Part shown: positions 36,862 through 46,281 of the stretch, piece after piece | Layout: every line of letters begins with the position of its first letter | Numbering within the stretch: the first letter of the stretch is position 1 | Assembly: GCA_964622675.1 (NCBI GenBank) | Contig: CAZUUK010000001.1 | Coordinates: forward strand, 17,900 to 81,899 | Length of the DNA: 64,000 bases | From: an uncultured Planctomycetota bacterium | Lineage (GTDB): Bacteria > Planctomycetota > DG-23 > CAZBND01 | Direction: 5' to 3' | Notes under the pieces: model-generated | What the model was told of the DNA's origin: nothing | Seen by the model: only the letters and a program-made list of their open reading frames with translations | Databases searched by the model: none | Made by a program: the position numbers and the translations under genes

Positions 36862-37569
36862 ATGAGAGTTGATGGACGAAATCCCAAAGAGCTGCGCCCG
36901 GTAAAGATGACGCGCGGATTCACCAAAAGCGCACCGGGTTCGGTGCTCATCGAGCTCGGCAGCACGAAGGTTCTTTGCACAGCGTCGATAGATGAGAGGG
37001 TGCCCGAGTTCGTTTCAGAGGGCGGCTGGGTTACGGCAAGCTATAGCCTGATTCCCGCTGCTACGGCTCCCCGCCGTACGCGTGACCCGGCCAAGCCCGA
37101 CGGGCGGGCAATGGAGATAAAGCGGCTGATCGGCCGCTCTCTGCGGGCGGTTACCGACCTGAAAGCGCTGGGCGAGCGGACGGTGTGGGTGGACTGCACG
37201 GTTCTGGAAGCTGACGGAAGCACGCGGACGGCTTCCGTCACGGGAGGGTACGTAGCCCTGGCAGATGCAATAAGAAGCCTCTCCCGGCACGGCTCGATCA
37301 AGGGCAAGCCTCTCCGGACGAACGTGGCCGCCGCCAGCGTCGGCATAGTTGATGGCGAAGTGCTGCTCGACTTGTGCTACGCGGAGGACGTTAGGGCCGA
37401 GGTCGATATGAACGTGGTGATGACCGGTGATGGGAAGCTCGTGGAGATACAGGGAACTGCTGAGGGGAAAGCGTTCACGCAGGTTGAGCTTGATGCTTTC
37501 TTGAATGTGGCAGCGGAGGGCATCCGCAGCCTGATTCAGGTTCAGAACGATTGCCTCAAAACCACCTAG
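36862..37569 (+). CDS. rph: ribonuclease PH
   Basis: RVDGRNPKELRPV N-terminus; GSVLIELGSTKVLC; VLEADGSTRTASVTG. Confidence 0.93.
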   Translation: MRVDGRNPKELRPVKMTRGFTKSAPGSVLIELGSTKVLCTASIDERVPEFVSEGGWVTASYSLIPAATAPRRTRDPAKPDGRAMEIKRLIGRSLRAVTDLKALGERTVWVDCTVLEADGSTRTASVTGGYVALADAIRSLSRHGSIKGKPLRTNVAAASVGIVDGEVLLDLCYAEDVRAEVDMNVVMTGDGKLVEIQGTAEGKAFTQVELDAFLNVAAEGIRSLIQVQNDCLKTT

Positions 37570-37589
37570 CGGCCGGCAGGTTGCAGCGC

Positions 37590-38204
37590 ATGAATCCATG
37601 TCAAATAGTCCTCGCAACAACCAACGCCAAAAAGAGGGAGGAACTTCGAAGATATCTCGAAGGACTGCCGGTCGAGCTGCTGCCGTTTCCTGAAGGCGTT
37701 GAGCCGCCTCCTGAGGAGGGCGCTACATTCCGAGAAAACGCAATTGCGAAAGCCGTCTATGTCGCAAAGGCGACGAGGGAGTTGGTCATCGCGGAGGATT
37801 CAGGGATAGAGGTGGACGCGCTAGGGGGGCGGCCGGGGGTAATGTCGGCGAGGTACTCAGGCGAAGAGGCGACGGACGAGCAGAACAATGCCAAGCTTCT
37901 CGCAGAACTGAAAGGCGTGCCGAGCGACAAGCGCACGGCGCGGTATCGCTGCGCCATCGTGCTCGCAAATGAGGAGGGCGCGCTGCTCGAGGCCGAGGGC
38001 GCGGTCGAAGGGATCATCGCCGAGGCCCCCAGCGGAACGTACGGGTTCGGATATGATCCGCTTTTCATATACCCGCCGGCCGGCGGGACGTTCGGGGAGC
38101 TTGGTGCGGCCGTAAAGGACAAGGTAAGCCACAGGGCACGAGCGCTTAGGGGCTTCACATCGAAGTTGCGGGATTTTCTTCAGTCAGCCGGGAGAGAGGC
38201 TTGA
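37590..38204 (+). CDS. rdgB: dITP/XTP pyrophosphatase (RdgB/HAM1 family)
   Basis: IVLATTNAKKREE, EDSGIEVDAL.G.PG..SARY, GFGYDPLF motifs. ATG 37590 is preferred over 37551, which overlaps rph. Confidence 0.9.
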   Translation: MNPCQIVLATTNAKKREELRRYLEGLPVELLPFPEGVEPPPEEGATFRENAIAKAVYVAKATRELVIAEDSGIEVDALGGRPGVMSARYSGEEATDEQNNAKLLAELKGVPSDKRTARYRCAIVLANEEGALLEAEGAVEGIIAEAPSGTYGFGYDPLFIYPPAGGTFGELGAAVKDKVSHRARALRGFTSKLRDFLQSAGREA

Positions 38205-38234
38205 CCCGGCGCGGGTGCAATTCCGACTTCCCTT

Positions 38235-39137
38235 TCAGGGGACTATCTCAGTCCCTATGCCTTTGTCGGTGAATATCTCCAGAAGCAGGGAGTGAGGTAT
38301 TCGCCCGTCTATTATGTGAACCTTCTTGACGCCGGCGCGCAACGTGTCCAACGAGGACTTGAGCTTCGGGAGCATCCCCTCGCTTATCACGCCGTTCGCG
38401 ATCAGCTCGCGAATCTCCGATTCGGAAAGGGTTGAGGCCACAGAGGTGGGGTCGCCCTGCCTGGTCCAGACCCCGGGAATATCGGAAAGGAAGACGAGCT
38501 TCTCGGCGCGGAGCGCCTCTGCCATCTTGAGCGCCACGAAGTCGGCATTTACGTTCAGGCATCCTTCATGCAGTCCCCGCGCCAGCGGCGGAATGACCGG
38601 GACGAAGTCACTAACGCAGAGCTCCTCGATCCTGCGGCCATCAACGGATACCACGTCGCCGACATAACCCAGGTCCACCTCTGCTCCGTCTTGGGCACGA
38701 ACCGGGGAGCACTTTCGTGCTTGAATGACGTAGGAGTCCGGGGGACAAAGGCCCATTGCCCTTCCTCCAAGCTCGATTATTTCCCCGACGAGCCTGGCAT
38801 TGACAGCACGGACCACTTCCTCGGCGATAAGGACAGTTTTCTCGTCAGTAACCCGAAGGCCGGATACGAAACAAGGCTCGATTCCTCTCCGCCGCATCTC
38901 GTCGCTTATGAATATGCCCCCACCGTGCACAAGAATGGGCTTTACCCCCGCCTGCTCAAGAAACACGATGTCCGTAAGGACGCTCCTGGTGATGGCGGGA
39001 TCGGTCATGGCCTTGCCGCCAAGTTTGACCACGACAGTTCTATCGCGAAACGACTGCATATAAGGGAGCGCTTCTATCAACACGCCGGCTTTGCGCTGCG
39101 CTTCCTCCAGCGATACGTCGCGCTGATGAGGAACCAT
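38235..39137 (-). CDS. argB: acetylglutamate kinase
   Basis: VVKLGGKAM, ILVHGGG, NVNAD, amino-acid kinase fold motifs. Confidence 0.93.
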   Translation of the reverse strand: MVPHQRDVSLEEAQRKAGVLIEALPYMQSFRDRTVVVKLGGKAMTDPAITRSVLTDIVFLEQAGVKPILVHGGGIFISDEMRRRGIEPCFVSGLRVTDEKTVLIAEEVVRAVNARLVGEIIELGGRAMGLCPPDSYVIQARKCSPVRAQDGAEVDLGYVGDVVSVDGRRIEELCVSDFVPVIPPLARGLHEGCLNVNADFVALKMAEALRAEKLVFLSDIPGVWTRQGDPTSVASTLSESEIRELIANGVISEGMLPKLKSSLDTLRAGVKKVHIIDGRIPHSLLLEIFTDKGIGTEIVP

Positions 39138-39245
39138 GCCACACCCCTTTGCGTGCTCGTCGGCGGCTGCTGAAAGTCACCTCTTGACTGCACCCACTAT
39201 ACCAGAACATCCGTCGCGCTCCTAGAGAATGAAGCCTCCCGCCGG

Positions 39246-41465
39246 CTAGGCGTTTCCCCGGGCAACCCAGATGGGACTGGACCAGGCCATCTCGCCGTCT
39301 GCCTGAATTACCCGAAGGTAGTAGTATGAATCGCGTCGGCCCGGCGTGACGTCTGTGAAACTCGCGGCGGCGGTGTCATCTTCGCAAAGCCAGCGGTGTA
39401 AGGCTTTCCCGTCCTTTATCACCTGTACTTCGAGGAGCCGTTCGGCGCCGCCGATTCGATACGAGATCACCGGAGGCTCGTCGGGCGCCAGCCTGGCAAC
39501 GTCGCCCATCATCGAGTCGTTCAGCTTGAACTCCACGAAGATGCGCTTGCCCGTCGTGGCGTAGCAGCGACGTTTGCGAATCGCATCGAAAAGAGCGTCG
39601 CGGGTGAGCTCCGGCGCGTAGACGGCCGTAAGGCCCGGCTTGCTCGGCCAGCGGCCGCTGAGGAAGCCCGGCCTCGAGATGTGCGCATCGCTTCCGCCTA
39701 TGACACCTACACGGTAGCCGAGAGCCAGCATATCCTGGAAGAGGAACCTCTCCTTCTCCGCCGTGACGAAGTGAGGGAAGTGCGCGAGGTCTATTTTGCC
39801 TCTCTCGGGGTAGTGCGGGCAGTCACGATATTCGGAACAGCCCCAGTTAGAGAATAGTTCGACAACCGGCTCGAGGGCTTGGCCCCCGTAAACGTTCATC
39901 CCCACCGATGAATCTCCCGTGAATATGTGATAGAGGTGGTGCGGGATGGCGATAACATCCATGCCGCGAAGCTCTTCCCACAGAGCTTCCACGGAAAGGT
40001 TCCGGCGGGCACGCTCTACGGAATGCTCGCCGAGAAACGGCATTGGGAAGCCCGTTCCCAAGCCTGTGTGCAAGCAGGGAATCTGCTCCTTTGCATAGAT
40101 GTTGTAGTCGCCGCCGTGGGCGTTGCCCCACTCATAAGCGAAGAAGGTCACGAATCTTCCCGGCTGGTGGAAGTCGCGCGTCGCCTGAGTGCTTCTTTCC
40201 CAGCCGGCTTGAGTAGTGTGGTGGGCGTGGTCGCAAACGGCGCAGAAGTCGAGGCAGGCGACGTCCCGTGCGTACTCGTAAGTGAAGGCAGGAGATTCGT
40301 AACCGTCGGAGACGATGGTGTGCTCGTGAAGCTCGCCCCAGTAAATCTTCATGGTGTGGTCGACCGGCAAGATATAATTACTCCTTCCCACCACGGAGCC
40401 CCCTGCGACGAGGCGGGCCGGTGCTGGTTTGCGGAGCCTAAGCCCCCTCAGGACTGCGTGCGGATGGCCCTCTTTTGAGAAGACCAGCCCCTGAGGAAGC
40501 CCCTTCACAGCCCCTTCCAGGAAACGCACCTCACCTGCAAAACAGTCAACCGGATTCATATGCTTATCCATAACCTGAATGCGGGCGGCGAATTCTTCTT
40601 TCGGGCTGACCGCGGAGGGAGCGACGATGTGCAAATAACGGGCGCTAGCCGGGCAGATATCGAGCCGGGGGCTCTTCTCGATCTCGCGAAAGACGCCGTC
40701 TCCGTCCGTATCCGCGAATACGATCATGTGGAAGGCGCGGTTCGTTTCCTCCGACACCACCGCATCGCGAAATTCGAGCCGAATGACGTCGCCGGGAAGG
40801 AGGGCATTACCGTTGACGCGCACGGTGACCGAACCTCCGGTCAGCCTGGGTAACGCGTCGGAAGTCTCGCTGATCCCCTCAGGACCCGTTACGGTCAGTA
40901 CAACTCCTGACGATGCATACCTGGATGTGTAATCGCGGTCCTCAAGTTCCTCCGCGGTCACGTTGTTGTTGACGTAGGAAGCGGCGAGCCGACCGAAGGT
41001 TTTCCAGCGGGAGCGAAGACTGAAGCATAGTCGAATCCCACCTCCGGCGGCCATCCCGCCCTCCCCCACCGTGTACTCGAGAACTATCGTCTCACGTGAG
41101 CCGGCTGCGACTCTGGGCGGGAGAATGCGGGCTGTTCCAGCACCCGGGGGCAAGAGCTCGACGGTCACGGCGCCGCTCAGATAGTCCAGACACTTTGCCT
41201 CCAGCAGCTCGGGGAGAGGCACCTCGAAATCACCTTCACCGGTTTGAAAGTGAATGAACGCCTGCGGCGCTGCCTCGATGTCAAGCGAGAGGCCGCTGCC
41301 GATGGAGTTGCGCAGCACTTCCCACGTCCAGAGGCCCGTCACCCTGGTGCGCCGCACGGCCCTTATTCTGAGTATGCTGCCGTCGCTGACAGCGACACTG
41401 CCCGAAAGCCTATTGGAGTCCCTCTTCCAGCGGACGAGGGCACGAAGCGTCTTGTATTCGCTCAC
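39246..41465 (-). CDS. PHP-domain / DUF3604-like metal-dependent hydrolase with about 370-aa N-terminal beta-rich extension (paralog A)
   Basis: WGELHEHTIVSDG (HxH), AIPHH, GGSDAH, RRCYATTG and C-terminal YYLRV...AWSSPIWV. GTG start with GGAG SD. Confidence 0.6.
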   Translation of the reverse strand: MSEYKTLRALVRWKRDSNRLSGSVAVSDGSILRIRAVRRTRVTGLWTWEVLRNSIGSGLSLDIEAAPQAFIHFQTGEGDFEVPLPELLEAKCLDYLSGAVTVELLPPGAGTARILPPRVAAGSRETIVLEYTVGEGGMAAGGGIRLCFSLRSRWKTFGRLAASYVNNNVTAEELEDRDYTSRYASSGVVLTVTGPEGISETSDALPRLTGGSVTVRVNGNALLPGDVIRLEFRDAVVSEETNRAFHMIVFADTDGDGVFREIEKSPRLDICPASARYLHIVAPSAVSPKEEFAARIQVMDKHMNPVDCFAGEVRFLEGAVKGLPQGLVFSKEGHPHAVLRGLRLRKPAPARLVAGGSVVGRSNYILPVDHTMKIYWGELHEHTIVSDGYESPAFTYEYARDVACLDFCAVCDHAHHTTQAGWERSTQATRDFHQPGRFVTFFAYEWGNAHGGDYNIYAKEQIPCLHTGLGTGFPMPFLGEHSVERARRNLSVEALWEELRGMDVIAIPHHLYHIFTGDSSVGMNVYGGQALEPVVELFSNWGCSEYRDCPHYPERGKIDLAHFPHFVTAEKERFLFQDMLALGYRVGVIGGSDAHISRPGFLSGRWPSKPGLTAVYAPELTRDALFDAIRKRRCYATTGKRIFVEFKLNDSMMGDVARLAPDEPPVISYRIGGAERLLEVQVIKDGKALHRWLCEDDTAAASFTDVTPGRRDSYYYLRVIQADGEMAWSSPIWVARGNA

Positions 41466-41484
41466 CGTTTGGCTCCGTTTTCTA

Positions 41485-43404
41485 TCAGGGTTCCCTCACC
41501 CATATTGGCGAGGACCAGGCTCTGTGGCCGTCGGTCTGTGTGACGCGGACGTAGTAGAAATCCTCGGCCGAAGGCGGTTCTTCGTCAGCGATGACAAGCT
41601 GCTCAGATTTCATGCGCGGCGCCCAGTGCGAGCCCATCATCGCGGCGAAAAGCCGGTTGTTCTTTATGACCTCGATGGATCGTATCGGCGCTTCGGCGTG
41701 AACGTCAACGCTGATCGCTCTCGGTGTGTGCGTTGATATCATCTGCCCCATGAAAGCGCCGTCCACTTTGAAGTCGAGTATTATGCGCGCGCCGGTCGTC
41801 GCGTAGCAGCGGCGCTCCTTCAAGGCACGGTAGATGGAGCCGCGCTCCAGCTCCTCCGCAAGGACCGCGGTGAGGCCGCTCTGGCGGTATGTGAGCATAT
41901 TCCAAGGCTCGTGGACCCCTCCGCCCGGCCTGGCGGTGTGACTGTCGCTGCCGCCAGTGAATCCCACTTTCATCCCTGAGGCCAGCGCGTCCTGCACGAA
42001 ACGCCCCGCCTGTTGAGTAACCACGGGCGAGGGATTCCCGAAGTATTCCGAGACGCCCCACTTCGAGCAGATTTCCACCAAGTCCGGCTCGAATTCCAGA
42101 TACCTCCAATCTACCCCCTGGAAGCTGCTGGCAGAATGGTGAATTATCTTGATGCATTCGGTAGAGCGGTAGAATTCCAGCATCTCCTCAGTGTAAAGCG
42201 TCGGATAGGCGGGGAACGGAATGTCGGCCTCATCGCCGGGGAAATAGACGTTCAGGTCGTAGTGGTCGAACGAGCCGTAGAGTCTGGGAACCTTTTTCTC
42301 CGGGTCAGTCACGTGAGGCGTCCGGCGGGTCATATTTGCTTCGAAACCGAGGAGCGTCGCAAACTTTCCCGGATCGTTGTACTTCCTGCAGGCGTCGCCA
42401 ATAGCAAGCCACGCGCTTTTATCCTCGGCGCGGGTGAAACAGTCTATGTGGTCACCCTGTCCGGCGAAATCGAGCCCTGCCACGTCCCGTGCGTAGGTAT
42501 AGAGATCGTCGGTGGTTCGCTCGCCGTCTGAAAGCTGCGTGTGGGCGTGAATCTCGCCCCAGAAAAGATGTCTCCCGTCGAGCCGCCGCGGCATGATTGG
42601 GTTGGACCAGCCTGAAACGTTGCGCTCTTCGTCTGCGGCGACGATGAAAAGAGGCCGGCCGGCTGCTTCGGGCGCGCTGAAAGGAACGCGGATGCAGCCG
42701 CCACTCCCGCGGTCGAACCGAACGCGCTCCGGCAAGTCGGGCAGCGGCGCCGTGCCGCGCAAGCAGAGCTCTCCCTCATAATCCGTCAATAGATTTCCAA
42801 ATTCGTCGAGTGCGGCTATAACGAGGCTGCAATACCTGTCGTCTGTGGCGGTGGAAGGAGCCGCCACTTCCAGGCTCGCCGCCGCGCCGGGATGGATCGT
42901 CAACGTCGGCGCCGGCACTTCAAGCCACTTCCCCGTGCCATCCGGATCGAGCCTGCAAAGGATCTCCTGTATGGGGGCGGCAAACAGGGGCGCTCGCGCC
43001 TTTCCCGGACCCGCACCGTACTCTATGGTCACCCGGTCTCCGCTGGTCAACTGCCCGTCGGCAAGGCGAACGGTGAACTGATACTTGGACTGCCGCCGCT
43101 GAAAGACAAGGTTGATGGGCCGCGATTCGCCTGATGGTTTGGGGCGCAGCACAGTTGTGGTGCCGATGGAGAGTTCGAGCCGCGCGTTGGCTGAGCAGGA
43201 AACTGAACTGAATCCAGGCGCGAACGGATCAACGATCTGCGGGGCCGTCCACGAACCGGGAGTTGTGCCGTGTCCGAACGCGACGGTCAACACGGCTCCG
43301 CGGCGGAGCGGACGACTGCCGACCGTGAAAACAAAGCGATAAGTATCCTCCTGGGAGACGCGCAACGTTTTCCGGGGGTGAAATTCGAGCTGTCCTACGG
43401 ACAT
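41485..43404 (-). CDS. PHP-domain / DUF3604-like metal-dependent hydrolase with N-terminal beta-rich extension (paralog B)
   Basis: WGEIHAHTQLSDG, IIHHS, GGSDSH, RRCYATTG, YYVRV...AWSSPIWV. ATG 43404 with SD GGAGGG is preferred to TTG 43431. Confidence 0.6.
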   Translation of the reverse strand: MSVGQLEFHPRKTLRVSQEDTYRFVFTVGSRPLRRGAVLTVAFGHGTTPGSWTAPQIVDPFAPGFSSVSCSANARLELSIGTTTVLRPKPSGESRPINLVFQRRQSKYQFTVRLADGQLTSGDRVTIEYGAGPGKARAPLFAAPIQEILCRLDPDGTGKWLEVPAPTLTIHPGAAASLEVAAPSTATDDRYCSLVIAALDEFGNLLTDYEGELCLRGTAPLPDLPERVRFDRGSGGCIRVPFSAPEAAGRPLFIVAADEERNVSGWSNPIMPRRLDGRHLFWGEIHAHTQLSDGERTTDDLYTYARDVAGLDFAGQGDHIDCFTRAEDKSAWLAIGDACRKYNDPGKFATLLGFEANMTRRTPHVTDPEKKVPRLYGSFDHYDLNVYFPGDEADIPFPAYPTLYTEEMLEFYRSTECIKIIHHSASSFQGVDWRYLEFEPDLVEICSKWGVSEYFGNPSPVVTQQAGRFVQDALASGMKVGFTGGSDSHTARPGGGVHEPWNMLTYRQSGLTAVLAEELERGSIYRALKERRCYATTGARIILDFKVDGAFMGQMISTHTPRAISVDVHAEAPIRSIEVIKNNRLFAAMMGSHWAPRMKSEQLVIADEEPPSAEDFYYVRVTQTDGHRAWSSPIWVREP

Positions 43405-43446
43405 TTCCGCACCCTCCGAATGCTCAGACAAAGCTTCTGCTGACGG

Positions 43447-44223
43447 TTATGGAGACTGCAGTACCTCGGCGCCAACGGGGATTCGCGCGGCCCCGGAGTT
43501 GGCGGCATCCCCGAGGACGCCCAGCGGGTCGGCGCTGGAGACCACTGCGGAAGCGACGGGAGGATTGGTGAAAACCGCGAATGATACGGGAGGGAATTTC
43601 CTTTCCACGAGTCTGAGAAAGCTGCCGACATCGTCGGGTTCGCTCCGCTCTTTGTGGCCGTCCGGGACCAGCGCGTCAAACGTTGAAATCCGCGCTGCCT
43701 TGCCGCGTTCCAATTGAATCAGCAGGCTTGTGAATTCGCGTCCAGAGTCGTAGATCCCTACGACGAGGGTTGACGGGGAAGGAAGCCGCGAGAACATCTT
43801 TTGAAACCCCTCGTAGCAGGTGTCGTACCAATCGCCAAGAGGCGGCTCCACGCAAATGCCCGACGAGAACTCGCCGTATACCAATCCGCGGACCATGTGG
43901 CGGTATTCGTCCAGGTCCATCCGGTCGTACTCGGGCGAACGGATCCGCACAAAGAGATGCCTCACGGAATCAACGTCGTAAATGAACACGCGGTCCAGGG
44001 TATCGTCATCGCTGAGGAGGGACTTGGCGAGGGCACGCGCGTCGGTGATCGGCCCACTGATGTCCGTTCGCCGTTTCTTCTCAGTCTCGCAGACGCGGAG
44101 CACGGTGCCTTTGTCGTGAAGAATGAAAAGCTCACGCTGTTGCTTCGCGGGCTGAAGTATCGTGAAGAGGTTCTGCCACGAAATCGGATCCACGTCCACG
44201 ATTTCAACGTCGGGGCTAAGCAT
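43447..44223 (-). CDS. hypothetical protein (258 aa), no recognisable motif
   Basis: Start ATG overlaps the stop of the upstream GH35-like gene (ATGCTTAG, 8-nt overlap). Coding-like composition, no TM segment or signal peptide. Confidence 0.55.
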   Translation of the reverse strand: MLSPDVEIVDVDPISWQNLFTILQPAKQQRELFILHDKGTVLRVCETEKKRRTDISGPITDARALAKSLLSDDDTLDRVFIYDVDSVRHLFVRIRSPEYDRMDLDEYRHMVRGLVYGEFSSGICVEPPLGDWYDTCYEGFQKMFSRLPSPSTLVVGIYDSGREFTSLLIQLERGKAARISTFDALVPDGHKERSEPDDVGSFLRLVERKFPPVSFAVFTNPPVASAVVSSADPLGVLGDAANSGAARIPVGAEVLQSP

Positions 44224-46261
44224 TATCCCGCACCTCCCAGATCGAGATGGAGAAGGGCTGGAGGTTTATCTCTAAGCTGCCATCGGCCTGGGCGTCTTCG
44301 GCGCGCCAGAGGCCGACGAATCTTCGGCTGCCCGAAAAACTCAGCACACCCTCGACCTCCTCCGGAGCGGGATTGGCGGCAAAGAGAAGCCTGCGCGCTC
44401 CTGACCGATGGACGGCGATTTCGATCCCGTCTCCTTCCGCTTCGAACTCCGGCTGAGGAATTACCTTCCCTACCACGGCATCGGATGAGATTTCATCGTC
44501 CGCCATGAAGATGATCTCCCCTTCGCCGCAGGCAGCTTGCTTCTTGCCCTGCAATTGGTCTGCTATGAGGCTGCAGACAGCCATTCTCATATCGAGAGAC
44601 GGAAGCATGGGGCCGATTACAAGCCGTCCACCGGCCCGAGCGAATCGAAGCAGCCGCCGCTGGACCTCCTCCGCCATGAAATCGGCGGCCTCGACGCACG
44701 CGACCCGGTAAGCAGAAAGCCGCTCAAGCGGGAGGTTCGTATCCGCGTAATCGAATTCCAGGCAGGCGCGAGTGAGCGCGCGATCGATCTTCCGAAGCCA
44801 CTTCTGCGGCTGGTTCTCGTCACGGTTGTGTTTGATCCCCAGGTTGATCTCCGGCTTGTGTAGCCCGCCGGGGAACGGCAGGGGCCCTCGAAGTGCGAAA
44901 TCCATCCTTGAGACGGCGCGATCGAATCGGGCGATGTCGTAGCTTCTGAGGAGGACTATGCCGCGGTCATTGTGGAAAGACCAGAAGTTGATTTCCCTCA
45001 GGAAGCGATTGAGCTTTTCGTAGAGCTCGAAGTAGATGCTCCGGCGGCGATTGTCCCTCGTGATGGGAGCGCCGACCCATCGGTCCCGGTCAACTATCAT
45101 GTAGAAGTTGACCGCACGGATCCCGTGCATGAGACCGGCGAGCAGGAGGAATTCCTGCTCTTCCGGGGTGAAAACGCGGCCCCGGTGCGTCCAGATACCC
45201 GAGCCGAGTTCGGGGATGAACGGAAGGACCGAAGCGCCGTGAAGGAATTTGGCCAGATGTCTCATCTGACCGTAGCCTTCGCGGCCTGCGTAGATGTCGT
45301 AGCCCAGAATGTCTATCTGCGAAGGTTCCTCTCCCGGAAGGCGGCAGCCGGGGGACTTACCAGCCTGCGACCGCTCGGTTGCCACAACACTGAAGGGACT
45401 CAGATGAGCGGCACACGCGTTGTGGAATACGGGGATCCCCTCGATACCGCGCTCGCGAAACATGGTCGCAATCCGGTTCAGAGCATACCTGATGTGGTAC
45501 TCCTTGTACTCGACCCAGTCGAGGTGACGGCGCAAATCGCGGGGGCTGCTTCCGCAGAACGCCCGCGGCGGCTCGACCTCATCGAAGGAAGCATACGACG
45601 AACCGTAGACCGCATTGAGCGAATCTATGCTGCCGTACCGTCGCTCCAGCGTCTTTCGGTAGAGCCTGATGGAATCAGGCGCATAGTCGGTCGCGTAGGC
45701 GCCAAGGAGGAAGTAGAAGCAGTTCTCGTTATCGGACTGGATCGCCACTACGGCTCCCCTGGGATGAACGCGCCCATGGAGGATGGGCATCAGTGCGTCG
45801 AAATATACGCCGACTTCCTCGTAGAACTTCTCGCTTGCGTAGCTTGGCATAGGGAAGTGCTTTATGCCCCACCCCCCCAGGGGCACTGAGTCGTTCGCAT
45901 CGCGCGCTTGTACTTCCGGATCGAGCAACACCCGACGCGGGTAGCCGAAGTAGCTCAACTCAGCGTTAATGTGCGGTCCGGGACGAACCAGCGCATAGAA
46001 GCCCTTCTCCTTCAGCAAGTCGAGAAACGCGCCGATGTCTTTCCGCGGATCGGTTTCGCCGAAGTCAAACTCACCCGGTGCGACCTCGTGAACTTCCCAC
46101 GGAATGTAAGTACAGACCATCCTGAAGCCGAGGGCGGCGATGTTGTCGAGGATCGCCGGCCAGAGCTCGCGGTCATGGCGCCAGTAGTGGAAGCTTCCGC
46201 TCCACAGGGGAACGGGCTGGCCGTCCATAATCAAGCCGTCGCGGGAAAAGCTTACAGGCAC
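44216..46261 (-). CDS. GH35-family glycoside hydrolase (beta-galactosidase / exo-beta-glucosaminidase-like) with GH42-like C-terminal region
   Basis: GSFHYWRHDRELWPAILDNIAALGFRMVCTYIPWEVHEVAPGEFDFG, RPGPHINAE, QSDNE (acid/base region). GTG start with SD AAGGAG. No signal peptide. Confidence 0.7.
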   Translation of the reverse strand: MPVSFSRDGLIMDGQPVPLWSGSFHYWRHDRELWPAILDNIAALGFRMVCTYIPWEVHEVAPGEFDFGETDPRKDIGAFLDLLKEKGFYALVRPGPHINAELSYFGYPRRVLLDPEVQARDANDSVPLGGWGIKHFPMPSYASEKFYEEVGVYFDALMPILHGRVHPRGAVVAIQSDNENCFYFLLGAYATDYAPDSIRLYRKTLERRYGSIDSLNAVYGSSYASFDEVEPPRAFCGSSPRDLRRHLDWVEYKEYHIRYALNRIATMFRERGIEGIPVFHNACAAHLSPFSVVATERSQAGKSPGCRLPGEEPSQIDILGYDIYAGREGYGQMRHLAKFLHGASVLPFIPELGSGIWTHRGRVFTPEEQEFLLLAGLMHGIRAVNFYMIVDRDRWVGAPITRDNRRRSIYFELYEKLNRFLREINFWSFHNDRGIVLLRSYDIARFDRAVSRMDFALRGPLPFPGGLHKPEINLGIKHNRDENQPQKWLRKIDRALTRACLEFDYADTNLPLERLSAYRVACVEAADFMAEEVQRRLLRFARAGGRLVIGPMLPSLDMRMAVCSLIADQLQGKKQAACGEGEIIFMADDEISSDAVVGKVIPQPEFEAEGDGIEIAVHRSGARRLLFAANPAPEEVEGVLSFSGSRRFVGLWRAEDAQADGSLEINLQPFSISIWEVRDNA

Positions 46262-46281
46262 TGCTTCTCCTTTTGGAAACC

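Noticed and set aside
44972-45889. 305-aa plus-strand ORF antisense to the GH35-like gene (similar long antisense ORFs lie at 35628-36371, 12076-12777, 53141-54292 and 55955-56617)
   Set aside because: All are mirror-frame ORFs of strongly supported genes in stop-codon-poor GC-rich sequence. None has a recognisable domain or ribosome-binding site.
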